A stretch of 64,000 nucleotides of DNA from Octopus bimaculoides (GCF_001194135.2 NC_068981.1:89903460-89967459); one strand, 5' to 3'. Positions 26,731-39,375 are shown, counted from the stretch's first letter. Program-made: numbers and translations. Notes: generated from the letters alone by a model not told the origin.

Positions 26731-26944
26731 ATTACGTATATAGAAATAAACCAGGTTGGAATGGTTTTTAAGATGTCTATAGTGGTCTATCTTTAATTTC
26801 CGCTACGATGTAATTTTTGTTAATGCGGACATTCCAAGAACGAAATTTTTTCTTTATATTTGCATTTTAAAAAATAAATCTTAGCGGAAATTAAAAATAG
26901 ATCACTGGGAACATCTTAAACCATTCCAATCTTGTCTACGTAAT
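26731..26944. mobile_element. MITE-like element with about 50-bp inverted arms
   Basis: TTGGAATGGTTTTTAAGATGTCTATAGTGGTCTATCTTTAATTTCCGCTA (26756-26805) is mirrored by 26882-26929; outer ATTACGTA is mirrored at 26937-26944. Confidence 0.7.
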
Positions 26945-26972
26945 TTTTATATATGTAATATGTGTTGCAAAG

Positions 26973-27085
26973 TTAAGGTGCCGAACTGGCAAAATCATTA
27001 GCAAGTCGTCAAAAATTTTTAACGGTGTTTCGTCCGTCTTTACTTTCTGAGTTCAAATTCCGCCGAGATCAAGGCCGATTAAAAT
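26973..27085 (+). mobile_element. SINE family C head, 3'-truncated
   Basis: AAGGTGCCGAACTGGCAAAATCATTAGC...TTCTGAGTTCAAATTCCGCCGAG. Confidence 0.65.
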
Positions 27086-27296
27086 AATAATAATTAATAA
27101 TAATAATAATATGTATATATATATATATATATGTATATATGCTTGTAGATGTGTATATATATATAAAGGTATAATTTCAAATTAATAATAAAAGGCTAAA
27201 ATTAATCAATTAAATTAATTAATTAATTAATCAATCAATTAATTAATAATTTTACCAAGTAGATCGGTACGTTAAAATAACCTTTATAAGTAAAAT

Positions 27297-27520
27297 TATA
27301 CAAATATTCTATAATTATAATTAGAGGTCAGCTAATTGCTTTACCACATACCGAATTTAGAAATAGGAGTTAAAAATTCCTTTTCTACTGTTACTTTCAT
27401 GGAGATTCTTACAGCAGTAGAAAGGGAATTTTTAACTCCTATTTCTAAATTCGGTATGTGGTGAAGCAATTAGCTGGCTCCTAATAATAATTATGTTTAT
27501 AATTATGGAATATTTGTATA
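27297..27520. repeat. Near-perfect foldback (about 95-bp arms, 24-nt spacer)
   Basis: CAGCTAATTGCTTTACCACATACCGAATTTAGAAATAGGAGTTAAAAATTCCTTTTCTACTG (to 27390) versus its reverse complement starting at 27415, 2 mismatches; outer arms 27297-27320 and 27497-27520, 1 mismatch. Confidence 0.92.
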
Positions 27521-27593
27521 AAGGTATAAATAAATAAATATATATATATATATATATATATACTTTATATAAAAGCAGTAGAAATATAACAAA

Positions 27594-27637
27594 AAACTGT
27601 TACTCGGAGTTTTATGTTCCTGTTCATCGGACAGTTT
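27594..27637 (-). ncRNA. Minimal type-I hammerhead ribozyme fold (degenerate copy)
   Basis: Minus strand reads AAACTGT-CCGATGA-ACAGGAACAT-AAAA-CTCCGAG-TA-ACAGTTT: 7-bp stem I, near-palindromic stem III, core changes U4C and G12A. Confidence 0.6.
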
Positions 27638-29740
27638 TGTTAGGAAATTTTCTAACAAAACTATCCGATGAACGGGAACCCACTCGCATTGAAAACGGAA
27701 ATGCTCAATCCTTCATCAGGTATTGGCTAAGTATCAACACAATTTCGACACCTTCCGTATTCTAATGCTGTCAGATGAACTATTTTTGTTTTCCGGCGAA
27801 TGCGACTTCCTGATAGAAAACTTCAGAGTAACAACCAGCTGGATCAGCTGAAATAATTTGATTATAATCTACTCTCGTTGAAATACATTTTTTTTTTGTA
27901 TCTCGTTAGTTACACTCGTGAATCATATGTATGACCAATTAGACTATCTCGTGAATGAACGGCCGTGACGTTATATTCATAGAGTAATAGTAAGGTTTTT
28001 CCTATCGATCAAAGCGTCTCGAATGATTGGCTCTATTGCAAACGGGAAAGATGACTGGACTACTTACTATGAGATACAGAAAACTATAGAGTCAAGGCAT
28101 GCATTCAATTGAAGAGGGAGGCTACTCCCTCTGACTAAATATTTGGCTCCTATCAGTCTGTTTTGTTTGACCTATCATCTTCACATACCTGGGAATTTTC
28201 TATGGGAAGCGGCCTCTGATAACAGCAGTTAGGTATTATCTCGGATCTTCTGCTGAGAGAAATTTATGATTACCTCAATATCTGGGGATTCTCAGTTAAG
28301 CAAAGCCCATAACTTCATGACTCTATGAAATATAATTAACTGTATAGAAATTTTGTCATGCTACTGAAGAATAATGGATCTTTGGCCCACGAGTTTCCTC
28401 ATAAAAAGAAAGGATGTGGAATTTTCTATGTTCTTTGGTCTAAAAGAATAGTGATGCTGACAGCAACGACCCTTAAAAGCGTTCGTGAGTGGTGCTGTAT
28501 GATTCTTATAAATATGAACACTATCCAGTGTAATGGATGCCTTTTCTTTCGCTTTGAATATGTCCACTATAGCTTTGTTTTAGATGTTATATTGTGGTTG
28601 ACGAGAAATTTGACTGCACTTTTCAGAAAGTTGAGCGATCATGTGTCAGCTGCCTTATAAATAAAATTGTCATTGAACCAGATTCTTATCATTCCCTCTT
28701 TCATTCCTATTCTTTTGCCCGCTCTTACTCTTTCTTTCTCGTCTGCCTTTCTCTTCTGCCTTTCTCTTCTTGTCAATCGTTCTGTCTTATACTTTCTATT
28801 CCGGCGTAGATGGTTGAGCTATTTATTAATTTAGCGAAGTGATTGCCTTTAGAATTCGTGAAATTTTTCAGTATAATTGCTATTAGTAACAACGTGTCTA
28901 AGTACAACAAAAACAGCAACAATAATAAGAAAACATACATAAAAAATTATAAAAATAAAAATATTAACGAAAATGTAGCAGTGAGGCGAAAATCTACAAA
29001 ACATCCAATAAATATTCTTGGACATTTCTTGTCATGGTTGTTGTTCAGAAAAGGACAAGAGAAAAGAAAAGAGGATTGTAAAGTAAGAGAAATGTCGGTC
29101 CTTCAGTTTAATTGGATGGAAATTTGACTGATTTTTTCAAAAGGTTCAGTGATCACGTAGAAGTTCCCCACGTAGACGTTCCTCTTTAGGACTGCTTAAT
29201 TTAATAGTTATTTATATAAATGTTATGAGAAGCAACTGGCAGTCAGTATATTGTTATTTGAAAACATTTAAAAAACATAAAAAGCCATACTGTAACAAAC
29301 TGAAACCTACTTATAACGAATACTTCAATTATTTCATAAATTATTAAAAAGATATACGAAGCTCTGCAAAAGAAAGAGAAAACATCCAGAAAAAATATTG
29401 CACAAGACGTTACAGTTTAAAAAACAAAGCCGCCTCTTAAATCTTTGATTAATAACGAAGCTCGAAATGGCCAGAGTATATTTATCAAGCAGAAAAGACT
29501 CTATAAACATTGCTAAATTCAATAATGTATTCACATCACACCAAGTTACTCAGTTACTAATGCATTGATCGCAAACGCTTCCAGTCACTTGGCGGTCTTA
29601 TGTTTATTTCCTAGCAGGTTATATTGACATACTCTACAAACATCTCAAGTTTGTTTTTGCTTTTTCCTGCCGCTGTAAACAGGCAGATGGAGTGGGGATG
29701 GTTTGGTGGGTAAGAAATTGCAAGATAAACATATTTATAT

Positions 29741-29840
29741 AGGTGCAGGCATAGCAGTGTGGCTAAGAAATTTGCTCGGCGTTTACGTGGAACCGGGTTC
29801 AACTCCCTTACATTGTATCTTAGGCAAATGTCTTCTATTG
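29741..29840 (+). mobile_element. SINE family A head, diverged
   Basis: AGGTGCAGGCATAGCAGTGTGG.TAAG...CCGGGTTCAA.TCCC...CTTAGGCAAATGTCTTCTA. Confidence 0.55.
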
Positions 29841-30160
29841 TACGATTGTTTTCGTATTGATTAATACCTTGTGCGTGGAATTTGGTACATAGAAACTACA
29901 GCAGTCAGTCGTGTACATTATATATATGCTTTTTTTCTTTGTGTATGTGTGTGTGTGTGTCTGTCTGTGTCTTTGTGTGAGTGTGTGTGTGTGTGTTTGT
30001 GCGTATGTGTACATGTACATCTGCCTGTAAGTGCGTGCGGTGCGCGTGTGTACACGTATGTATGTATGCATTTATGTATGCATGTACGCATGTATATATA
30101 TATATATGAAAATATGTACATACACGAATAAAAAGATACATACATGAATATATACAACAC

Positions 30161-30271
<111 letters not shown>

Positions 30272-30853
30272 GGTGGTGAAAGTGATGCATTTACATCGTT
30301 CAGCAATGGATGAGAATTCAGTTGTTGAATCAACTGAATAGCTGGCTTCTTAATTAACGTGTGAACATTTCACAAATATGCGTATACTTAACGTAATTCT
30401 AAGGCGAATTCTGAGTACAATTCGCCCAAAAGGCTACTATACACAGTTTCAGACACAAAGCAAGAATCGGTTCAAGAAATCGACGCATTCGTGTCCTCAC
30501 AGTTGCGAAACGAACTTCTTAACCACTTAACCATTCGGCCATACGGCACCTACTGGTTGGGCTGTTGCACTCTCGACTGCAAAAATGCCTTTTTGAATCC
30601 CGCACGAGGTGATGCAAAAGCCCTTCATTTCACGTTTTTCTGCAGTCACTTTGAAATATTACGTGTGACACACTGCGCATCTATTCAGGCAATCTTGATT
30701 TGATGAGCAAATACAGGGCACAAACATTTGATCACTATAAACAGATCATCTGTACAGGTTTTTCAGCAACGAATTGTGGCACTCTCATCTGTCATGTTCG
30801 ACAGGAGACTTCATTAAACGCACGAGCGCATATACACATATATGTGTGTGTGA

Positions 30854-30895
<42 letters not shown>

Positions 30896-31555
30896 NNNNN
30901 NNNNNNNNNNNNNNNNNNNNNNNNNNNNNNNNNNNNNNNNNNNNNNNNNNNNNNNNNNNNNNNNNNNNNNNNNNNNNNNNNNNNNNNNNNNNNNNNNNNN
31001 NNNNNNNNNNNNNNNNNNNNNNNNNNNNNNNNNNNNNNNNNNNNNNNNNNNNNNNNNNNNNNNNNNNNNNNNNNNNNNNNNNNNNNNNNNNNNNNNNNNN
31101 NNNNNNNNNNNNNNNNNNNNNNNNNNNNNNNNNNNNNNNNNNNNNNNNNNNNNNNNNNNNNNNNNNNNNNNNNNNNNNNNNNATATATAATATGAGTATA
31201 TGCATATATATGTATATGTATGTACATACCTTCATCTACATGTATATATAGATGCATATCTGGGTACATGACGTTGCAAAAAGCATGCACAAAATGATAA
31301 ACAAGGTACAGCAAACACACAGGCCACATAGAGAACATTTCCTTCATCAGCTTTCCACCATTATAACACATGCGTTTCGAAGAGTTGTATGTATGTATGT
31401 ATGTATGTATGCATGTATGTATGAATAAGGGAGTGAGAAAGTGTCTTTCTCGGAAATATAACCTGTAAAAATTATATCTTGGGACGTGTATCAGAATGAC
31501 ATTGTTATAGAAAGATAGAGATATATATATATGAAATATAAATATATGTCTGTGT

Positions 31556-31586
<31 letters not shown>

Positions 31587-32023
31587 CGTATGTATGTATG
31601 CATATATATATGTATGTATGTATTATGCATGTATGAATGTGTCTATGTATGTATATGTACACGTGCGTGTTTGTGTGTGCCGAATGTTTTTTGCTGTTGT
31701 GCTTCTTACGTAAAATAGTACTTAGTCACTTCATAAATTAGAGCAGACAATGTTTACAATAATTACCAGACTGAAACGAGAACGACGGCCGATATGAGTG
31801 ACTAAAACCTTTCGAGGGTAATGCCTCAGCTGCTACGATCTGAAATCAGTAGCAGTACAAACGAATAAACGTATGCATATTGATTTGTAACACTAGGACA
31901 AGGCGGCACATTTCGTGGCGAAGTTTTGTGGTGAATCATTCAAATTGTAAACGATAGCTATCCAGTTTATCGATCTGAGACTTATGAACGTGAACACAGA
32001 TTGTAAAGGGTTGGAACTGAAGA

Positions 32024-32135
<112 letters not shown>

Positions 32136-32249
32136 ATGTATGTATGTATGTGTGTATGCTAGCAGAGATACACGGGCTTACTCGGGAATAAAGAGGCATA
32201 GTTTTTTTATTGTTTTACTAGTTTGAGTTAAAACCACAGGGTTTAAAAC

Positions 32250-32498
32250 CACCGGATTTATTCTTTGTAAACCTAGTACTTATTTTATTAGTGTCTTTTT
32301 CCCAACCTTTAGCTTATGGGAACCTAAACACAGCAACATTAGTTGTCAAGCAATAGTGGTGGTCCAAGCACAGACACAGACACAGACACACACACACTCG
32401 CACCCCAATATACACATATATACGACAGTCATCTTTCAGTTTCCGTGTACAAAATCCACTCACAGGGCTTTGGTCAGCCTGACGCCATAATATATATT

Positions 32499-32537
<39 letters not shown>

Positions 32538-32629
32538 CAGACTTCTTTTAGTATCCGTCAACCAAATCTACTGATATGGATTTGGTCATCCGAAAGGCTA
32601 TAGTTGAAGGCACGTGCTCAAGGTGCTAC
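32250..32629 (-). mobile_element. SINE family A with a duplicated middle segment, running into an N-gap
   Basis: The TTTCAGTTTCCGT..ACCAAATCCACT...TTTGGTCA.CC segment appears at about 32435 and again at about 32545. Confidence 0.6.
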
Positions 32630-32977
32630 NNNNNNNNNNNNNNNNNNNNNNNNNNNNNNNNNNNNNNNNNNNNNNNNNNNNNNNNNNNNNNNNNNNNNNN
32701 NNNNNNNNNNNNNNNNNNNNNNNNNNNNNNNNNNNNNNNNNNNNNNNNNNNNNNNNNNNNNNNNNNNNNNNNNNNNNNNNNNNNNNNNNNNNNNNNNNNN
32801 NNNNNNNNNNNNNNNNNNNNNNNNNNNNNNNNNNNNNNNNNNNNNNNNNNNNNNNNNNNNNNNNNNNNNNNNNNNNNNNNNNNNNNNNNNNNNNNNNNNN
32901 NNNNNNNNNNNNNNNNNNNNNNTATATATATATATATATATATATTCTCTGTTTGGAACTTACCTGCGTACTCACCT

Positions 32978-33055
32978 TGTCCCTGATGACGGAAAGCCCT
33001 GTGTATGGAGATGCTGACCCAACACATCGGATATGCCAGAAACAGCTGTAAGACA
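32978..33055 (+). ncRNA. Minimal type-I hammerhead ribozyme fold with palindromic stem III
   Basis: TGTCC-CTGATGA-CGG...GCCA-GAAA-CAGCTG-TA-AGACA; ACAGCTGT (33042-33049) is a perfect palindrome; stem I pairs 4 of 5. Confidence 0.6.
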
Positions 33056-33299
33056 TTAATTACTTCTTTTTTGATTCGCCTTACTCTTATCAAATACTCT
33101 AAATGACCTGAGATACTTGTCCTGCCTAGTCCATTTTCCTGTAATATATACCTACTCTCTCGGAAGCCTACTGCAGATCTTTAGCTCACAGTCTCTGCTG
33201 TGAACTTGGAACCTAACGGATGACCAATTATAGCACTTATGCAGCATACTTATTCGTTTAGATCATCAGTGAACTAAACCCTCATATTTTATATATATG

Positions 33300-33385
33300 A
33301 AATTAACACGCAAGTCGCTGAGTACTCCACAGACACGTGTACCCTTAACGTAGTTCACGGGGAGATTTAGCGTGACACAGTGTTG
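33300..33385 (-). mobile_element. SINE family B internal fragment
   Basis: AATTAAC..GCAAGT.GCTGAG.ACTCCACAGACACGTGTACCCTTAACGTAGTTC. Confidence 0.8.
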
Positions 33386-33834
33386 ATAATTTCGTTGTTA
33401 TTGTTGTTCTTTCTTCTTGGGTGGTCTGTAGGATTACGTTATCTCATGTAACACTGACTTATCTAAGACGGTAAGATGTGATTTGAGCAATTTTTGACTG
33501 TCTATGTTGAAAAAGTCTGGCAACCAATTAGAGTTTGCTTAGTGTAGTACGCTCTCAAGACACTATAGTAATGGATGGATAGACAGATTAATATATTGGC
33601 ACACAGAGAGATTAAACACTATATTTGTAGCTAAAACAGTTAAACAGTAGGGAAACAGTAAAATATTAACAGCTAGAAAACAAAAACAAATGAAAAGAAT
33701 GGAGACGAAATAACGAAATATAAAAATACGTGCTGATGCAAATGATAAGCTGTTTATAGAAGTTGAGACAATAAACGATTCCGAAAAAGGTGAAAAGAGA
33801 AGAGAGTAAATGTATCACATATATGTATGCATGT

Positions 33835-34015
33835 ATGAAGGCTCATGACCGCACGCTTAGGGTCTTGCACTCACAAACGCAAGTTCGTGGTTTCGATTGC
33901 CAGACCAGCAGTGCGTTGTGTTGTTAGTAAAGCACTTCATTTCACGTTGTTCAAATGCACTCAACTGTAATTGGGTAACTCTGCGACGGAATGGCGTTCC
34001 GTTCAAGGGTAATGT
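33835..34015 (+). mobile_element. SINE family F-like, diverged
   Basis: tRNA-like head (GTGGTTTCGATTGCC), AAGCACTTCATTTCACGTTG, CTGCGACGGAATGGCGTTCCGTTCAAGGG. Confidence 0.55.
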
Positions 34016-36648
34016 TGGCCTACCCACCAAGCCAGCGGGGCAGCATCATTCAAAAGCAACAACAATGTGAGAGAGCGCAGTCTGGTCGAAGCAGTGATAC
34101 AATGGGGCATGCTTGGATGACGGGGTGAGCGGGGTGAGCGTGTTTGTGTGTATAAGCATGTATGTATATAAGCATGCATGCTCATACATAGGCGTGTGCA
34201 CATATGCACTTATAACATGCTAAATTTCTTAAATGTCTTACATATTTTCACAGTCCCTTTGATGGCATGTGGCTGTAATCTTCAGACTATGTTCTTTGTA
34301 GTTTTGTGAAACCCAGTATCTGAAGATTAATACTAAGGTAATTAGTTACCTAATCAATGACACTAATAATTAACAGTAGAAATCTAAAACTATAGGCCAG
34401 ATCGGATTGAATAATAACAGATTTCTAATCAGCTCGGTGAAAATGTATTCGTTTTTACCAATATTAACAATAAATTATGATGAGCGACTGATTTCAACTA
34501 CTGTGCATAATTTCTATTTCTCGACATATATATGCATGTATTTATGCATGTACATAGATGCATGAACGGAAGCAAGTATTTGTTTTTGTTTTTACCAGAG
34601 CCACATGTCAAACGAAGTCTTTATAAGTGAAACTGAAAGGACGACAGGTATATGCAAGCGGTTGCCTTGTCACATTATGTCACACTGGTTTTCATTGATT
34701 ACATGTGTCTGAAAATGACGTTAAAATTACGCGTGTTTGAAAATATAAGAGAACGCATGACTGAAAATGATGTTAAGAGTACACTTACCTGTTAATATCA
34801 ACGAATAAACTGCAACAGCAATCGTACAATCAGGAAACTGATTGTTGAAACAAGTGATAATGTTTCACTATAATATAATAGAGCATTATAATAATGGAAT
34901 AAAATATTTCTCTATTATAAAACTCTATTATTAAAAAACGCATTCAGCAATAGTATAAATGCAAGTACATGTGTGGGTGAATATATTTTTCCGGTTCTAT
35001 TTTCCAATTTTCTCACTCATAAAGAACCGGTTTCTAACTCAGGCACAAGGCGTTTCTTTCATTGGTAGTAAGACAGCCACAATCTTCTATATATCTATTT
35101 ATTTGTTTTGCATCTTGACTCATGTTTGTGTATGCATACATCTGTCTATATGTTTTGACTCCTATATGTGTATGCATACATTTGTTTTATATGTCTACAA
35201 ATGTATGTATATGCACTTATTACAAGGTAAACTTCGGGAAAGTTTTTGCATATTTTCTCAGTTCCATTAATAGCATCTAATTGCAAACTCTTAGCTGTTT
35301 CGATTGAAGTTTTTTTCAGTGAGCTTAAAAGCCCTACAGGGAGTTAGTTTCTATGCACTACCACACCTCCAACTCGCTGAAAATAGCAACCAAATCTCCT
35401 TCGAATCACAACCTACTAGACATCTTGTGGAAACAAAGAATACACCGAACTACACAGCTGTAATGACTCCAAGAGATCAGACTATGATTCTGTAGTCAGT
35501 GTTAATATACTTGCCCAATATGCCACGCAGTGGGACTGAATCCGGAACCATGTGGTTGGGAAGCAAGCCTCTTACCACACAGCCACACCTGCGCCTATAT
35601 ATGTATGTTATTTCTAACTATTTAAATATTTCATATATGGGAGGAGTTGGTTCTCATCAAAGAGACAAAGTTCCTTTACTAAACTCTGAATAACAAAAGC
35701 GATGTATTACATGTTGAACTTTTGAAAAATCTTGCATATTTTTACTGTTCCTCTAACGGACCGTGTTTGTAAAATGTGTATTGGATGATCACTTCCTTTG
35801 CTAATAATGCTAGGTTTTCGAGATTGCCACTTAGGTAAAGCCGAGTGCACAAATTATTATAGGTATACATGTGAATTTGTAATCTACATAGAAATGTTAT
35901 AAGCTTAAAATCAGTTACTTGTAACAATTTTCTTTTTCATTGATTTAGAAAGAAATGCTCGCATGTTTGCTTCGATGCGTGTATACATGTATGCATGCAT
36001 GTATGTATGAAAGTATGTTTGTATTAATACATATACGTATGTCTATACCTGCGTGTATGTATGCATTACGTAGAGTTTCTATGTATATATGTTTGTATGT
36101 ATATGTGTGTTAGTATGTGTGTTTGTGTGTGCGTGTGTGTGTGCGTATGTGCGTGTGTGTACACGTATGGTTTTTATGTATTTATGTATGTTTGAATGAA
36201 TATATGCATGTATGCATGTATTATATATATATGTATGTATGTATATGTGTGTGTGTGTGTGTGTATGTACTTCAAGTTTCATTCTCCAAATTTCTCACTG
36301 ATAAAGAAAGAGCCAAGAAACAACACATGAACAAAGGGCTTTCATTGGAATTAAGATAAGAATCTAGGTCAGTGTTTAGGATCGCCTTGCACGCACGCGA
36401 AAATTTACCCGTATTCACATATGAAACTGTCCATTGAAGGAGTCATTCAAAACCCACAGGAAAATCGTTTTCGTGCTACATCTAAAACGGGTAACGTGAT
36501 ATAAGATGAATTTGTATTATTAAAAATGCATTATTTTTCTCCGAAGTGATGAGCTCTCATAGTTTTTAGAACACTTGTATGTTGTGCTTCGAGCTAAAAG
36601 AATTCCAAATCCTGAACCAGGTGGTAAGTATGTATGTATATATGTATG

Positions 36649-36682
<34 letters not shown>

Positions 36683-36980
36683 TGTATGTATGTATGAATG
36701 TAGTTTTTGTTTAGCCGTCCCTCTAGGAGAAAGTAAGTCTGAAATAGCACACACCTCATTGCGAAGCTTGTGATCTTGCTCTTGCTTGTTTCTGGACTAC
36801 TTGGCTTCGAAGATAAGAGTGTTAGCGGTGTTGTGCACTGTGTTATTGATTTAAAATGTCAGCACGGGCGTTGCTGGCGGCCATTGTCTTTAACATCTGG
36901 GATAAGATAATTTGTCAGTGATGGTCGTACTAGTCTGCTAGTTGACAGCCGCCATTTATATATATTTGAATGAATGAATG

Positions 36981-37840
36981 TACGAGAGGGTACCCAAAAG
37001 AAACCGGAATTTTGCAACATTATTTTATTCACTTAGTTTTACATGTTTACACTTTAATCGCCTTCAAAGTAATCTCTGTTTGATGCAATGCATAGATCCG
37101 GGCGCGTTTTCCAAAATTCGAAGCGGTGCTGGAACTCTTGCAAAGTGAGGCCTTTTAACGCCTCTGTCGGTTTTCTTTTTCTCTTTTTTTTCACCTCTTC
37201 CACATTTGCATATTCCGTAGTACCAGCTATCGTCACCCGTGATGACCTTCGAAAAAAGGACCGGATCAACTTCCAACTGTTCTTTCAGTTCACGACACGC
37301 ATTCAATCGTGAATTTTGATCATCCGTGAGCAAGCGAGGTACAAATTTTGCTGCAACATTTTTCATTCGCTATTCCTCGCGCAAAATTCGTTTGCAGGAG
37401 CTCCAGGACACACCCATCATATCAACAAGATTGTCAATTATTCGGTGATGTTCTCATTCGTTCGGGGAAGTCGGCGGTCGTCCTGAACGACGTGGGTCTT
37501 CAAGCGACAAGTAACCATAAACTTGTTTTGTTCATGGCAGCGTCCTTGTAAGCTGTTTGAAGCATGACAGCTGTTTCAGCTGCCGTTTTCTCCAGCAGAA
37601 AACAGAATTTCGCGGAAGCATGCTGTTCCTTCGTTTCAGCCATCGCAAAAATCGACGAAGAGGAGAGAAGCACTACATGATAAAGACGCATCACGTGGCT
37701 GTACGATATCACCCGACAACGCCGGTCGATAGACTTATGTCAGAATGTCACATCATGTGACTTCAAGCGACGGAAGCCTTAACTACAACGAGTTTTCCCC
37801 ATAGAGAACGTTTTTGGTTACTTTTGAGTACCCCATCGTA
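36981..37840 (-). mobile_element. Mariner (Tc1/mariner) transposon, internally deleted, with both TIRs
   Basis: TIRs TACGAGAGGGTACCCAAAAGAAACC (36981) and TACGATGGGGTACTCAAAAGTAACC (reverse complement, ending 37840), TA at both ends; fragments EQHASAKFCFLLEKTAAETAVMLQTAY, FVPRLLT, VITGDDSWYYG and the C-terminal YFEGD. Confidence 0.9.
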
Positions 37841-38743
37841 TGTATGATGGTAGATATGTAACCGCACTTGTGCAGGTACATATCTACTATCTACATATCT
37901 ACCATGTAACTGCACTTGTTTGCCAAGATGCGTACCATTGTGTTCGTAAAATCGTAAGTTTTAACTTGTGTGTGTGCAACATAAACGTATATTCATATGT
38001 CAATAAGTGTATTTGTCCACATGACACAAGTTAAATGTCTGGAACGTTTTATAAACTTTTAAATTTCATTAACGGTTTTTAATTACAATTTTCTAATTAT
38101 CCGTGACCTTTCTGTATGTGTGTATGCATGTATGTGTGCATGCATGTATGTATGTATGCATGTATGTGTGCATGCATGTATGTGTGTACATATGTACACA
38201 TATATGTTTGTACAGAAGATGATTATGTACAGATACTTGTATGACTACGTTTGTATGTATTTATGAATGCGTGAGTCTTTAGTTGATTTCAAAGAGAACC
38301 ACTAGAAACCCCTACCCCTACCACTGCCACGTCCGAAGATAAGTTATGAAAACATACATATTCACAAATAATATTTGTAACGTATAATACAGAGCCTATC
38401 TTCATTTTCGAAACATTTTTAGAGAATTATACTACGGATTTGCCATATGGATTTGAGTGTTGGCGAAAGAAAATTTCACACAATTGCATATCATCTGATA
38501 GAAGATTTCGTAGCATCAATTTTGATTTTGTTTTCCAATATATTAAGAATGTAGAAACAAATTTAACTTACAGTTAAATGTCATAGCTTCAACAGCAGTT
38601 TATTCCCACCTATCGCGTGATGAATTATAATATTAACATTAAAAAAAATACACATGAAATAACACCAAACTTTAAATATGACATATTACTATGCGTGTAT
38701 ATTGTTATGTATTTATATTTGTGATATTACATATGTATTATAC

Positions 38744-38970
38744 AAGGCAGTGAGCAGACAGAATTGTTAACACATTGGACAATATGCTTAGCAGGATATC
38801 TTTCGGCTTTTTATGTTCTGAGTTTGAGCACCACCGAGGCCAAATTTACCTTTCATTCTTTCGGAGTCGATAAAATAAAGGAGCAGTCTAGTACATAGGT
38901 CGATGTAGTTGAGTAACGCTACCCTCCAATCTTAAAAATTGCTGACTTCTTGTCAAGATTAGAAACAGTT
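38744..38970 (+). mobile_element. SINE family C, diverged
   Basis: AAGGCAGTGAGC.GACAGAAT.GTTA...TTCTGAGTT...CCTTTCATTCTTTCGGAGTCGATAAAATAA. Confidence 0.7.
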
Positions 38971-39375
38971 ATATATGTATTATATATGTGCATATTTATG
39001 TGTGCTTGTGTGTGTTTGTTTGTGTTTGTGTGAGTGTATATATGTGTGTACATAGATAACGAGTGATTGATCTTAGGTAAACAAAAATAAAGTACATGGG
39101 GTCGTATTGTATGTATGTATGTGTGTGTGTGTATTGCAACCTTCAATAAACAACCCTTACACTCAAACACATGCACTAACCCACACACACATGTATCAGT
39201 TCAAATGTATCTGGGACATATTTGCCCTGTATAGAGGCCATTTTCACTGCGTTTTTTACAGGCCAAATATGTCCCAAACATATTTGAACTTATCTAAATG
39301 TTTTCACAAGAGTACTGTATATACACACACACACACACACATACACACACACGCGTACGTACATACATACATACA

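Noticed and set aside
27785-27840. GAAAACTTCAGAGTAACAAC resembling the 3' half of the 27.6 kb hammerhead
   Set aside because: Core reads CCGGCGA and stem I does not pair; too degenerate
28050-28620. Possible ancient LINE RT remnant on the minus strand (HYSFRPKN..., HRVMKLWALLN)
   Set aside because: Resemblance to QYGFR and downstream RT motifs is too weak by eye; needs TBLASTN or HMM
34599-34647. 49-nt plus-strand exon candidate (TTTACCAG|...|GTATAT)
   Set aside because: Open only in a phase that does not fit the other candidates; no homology
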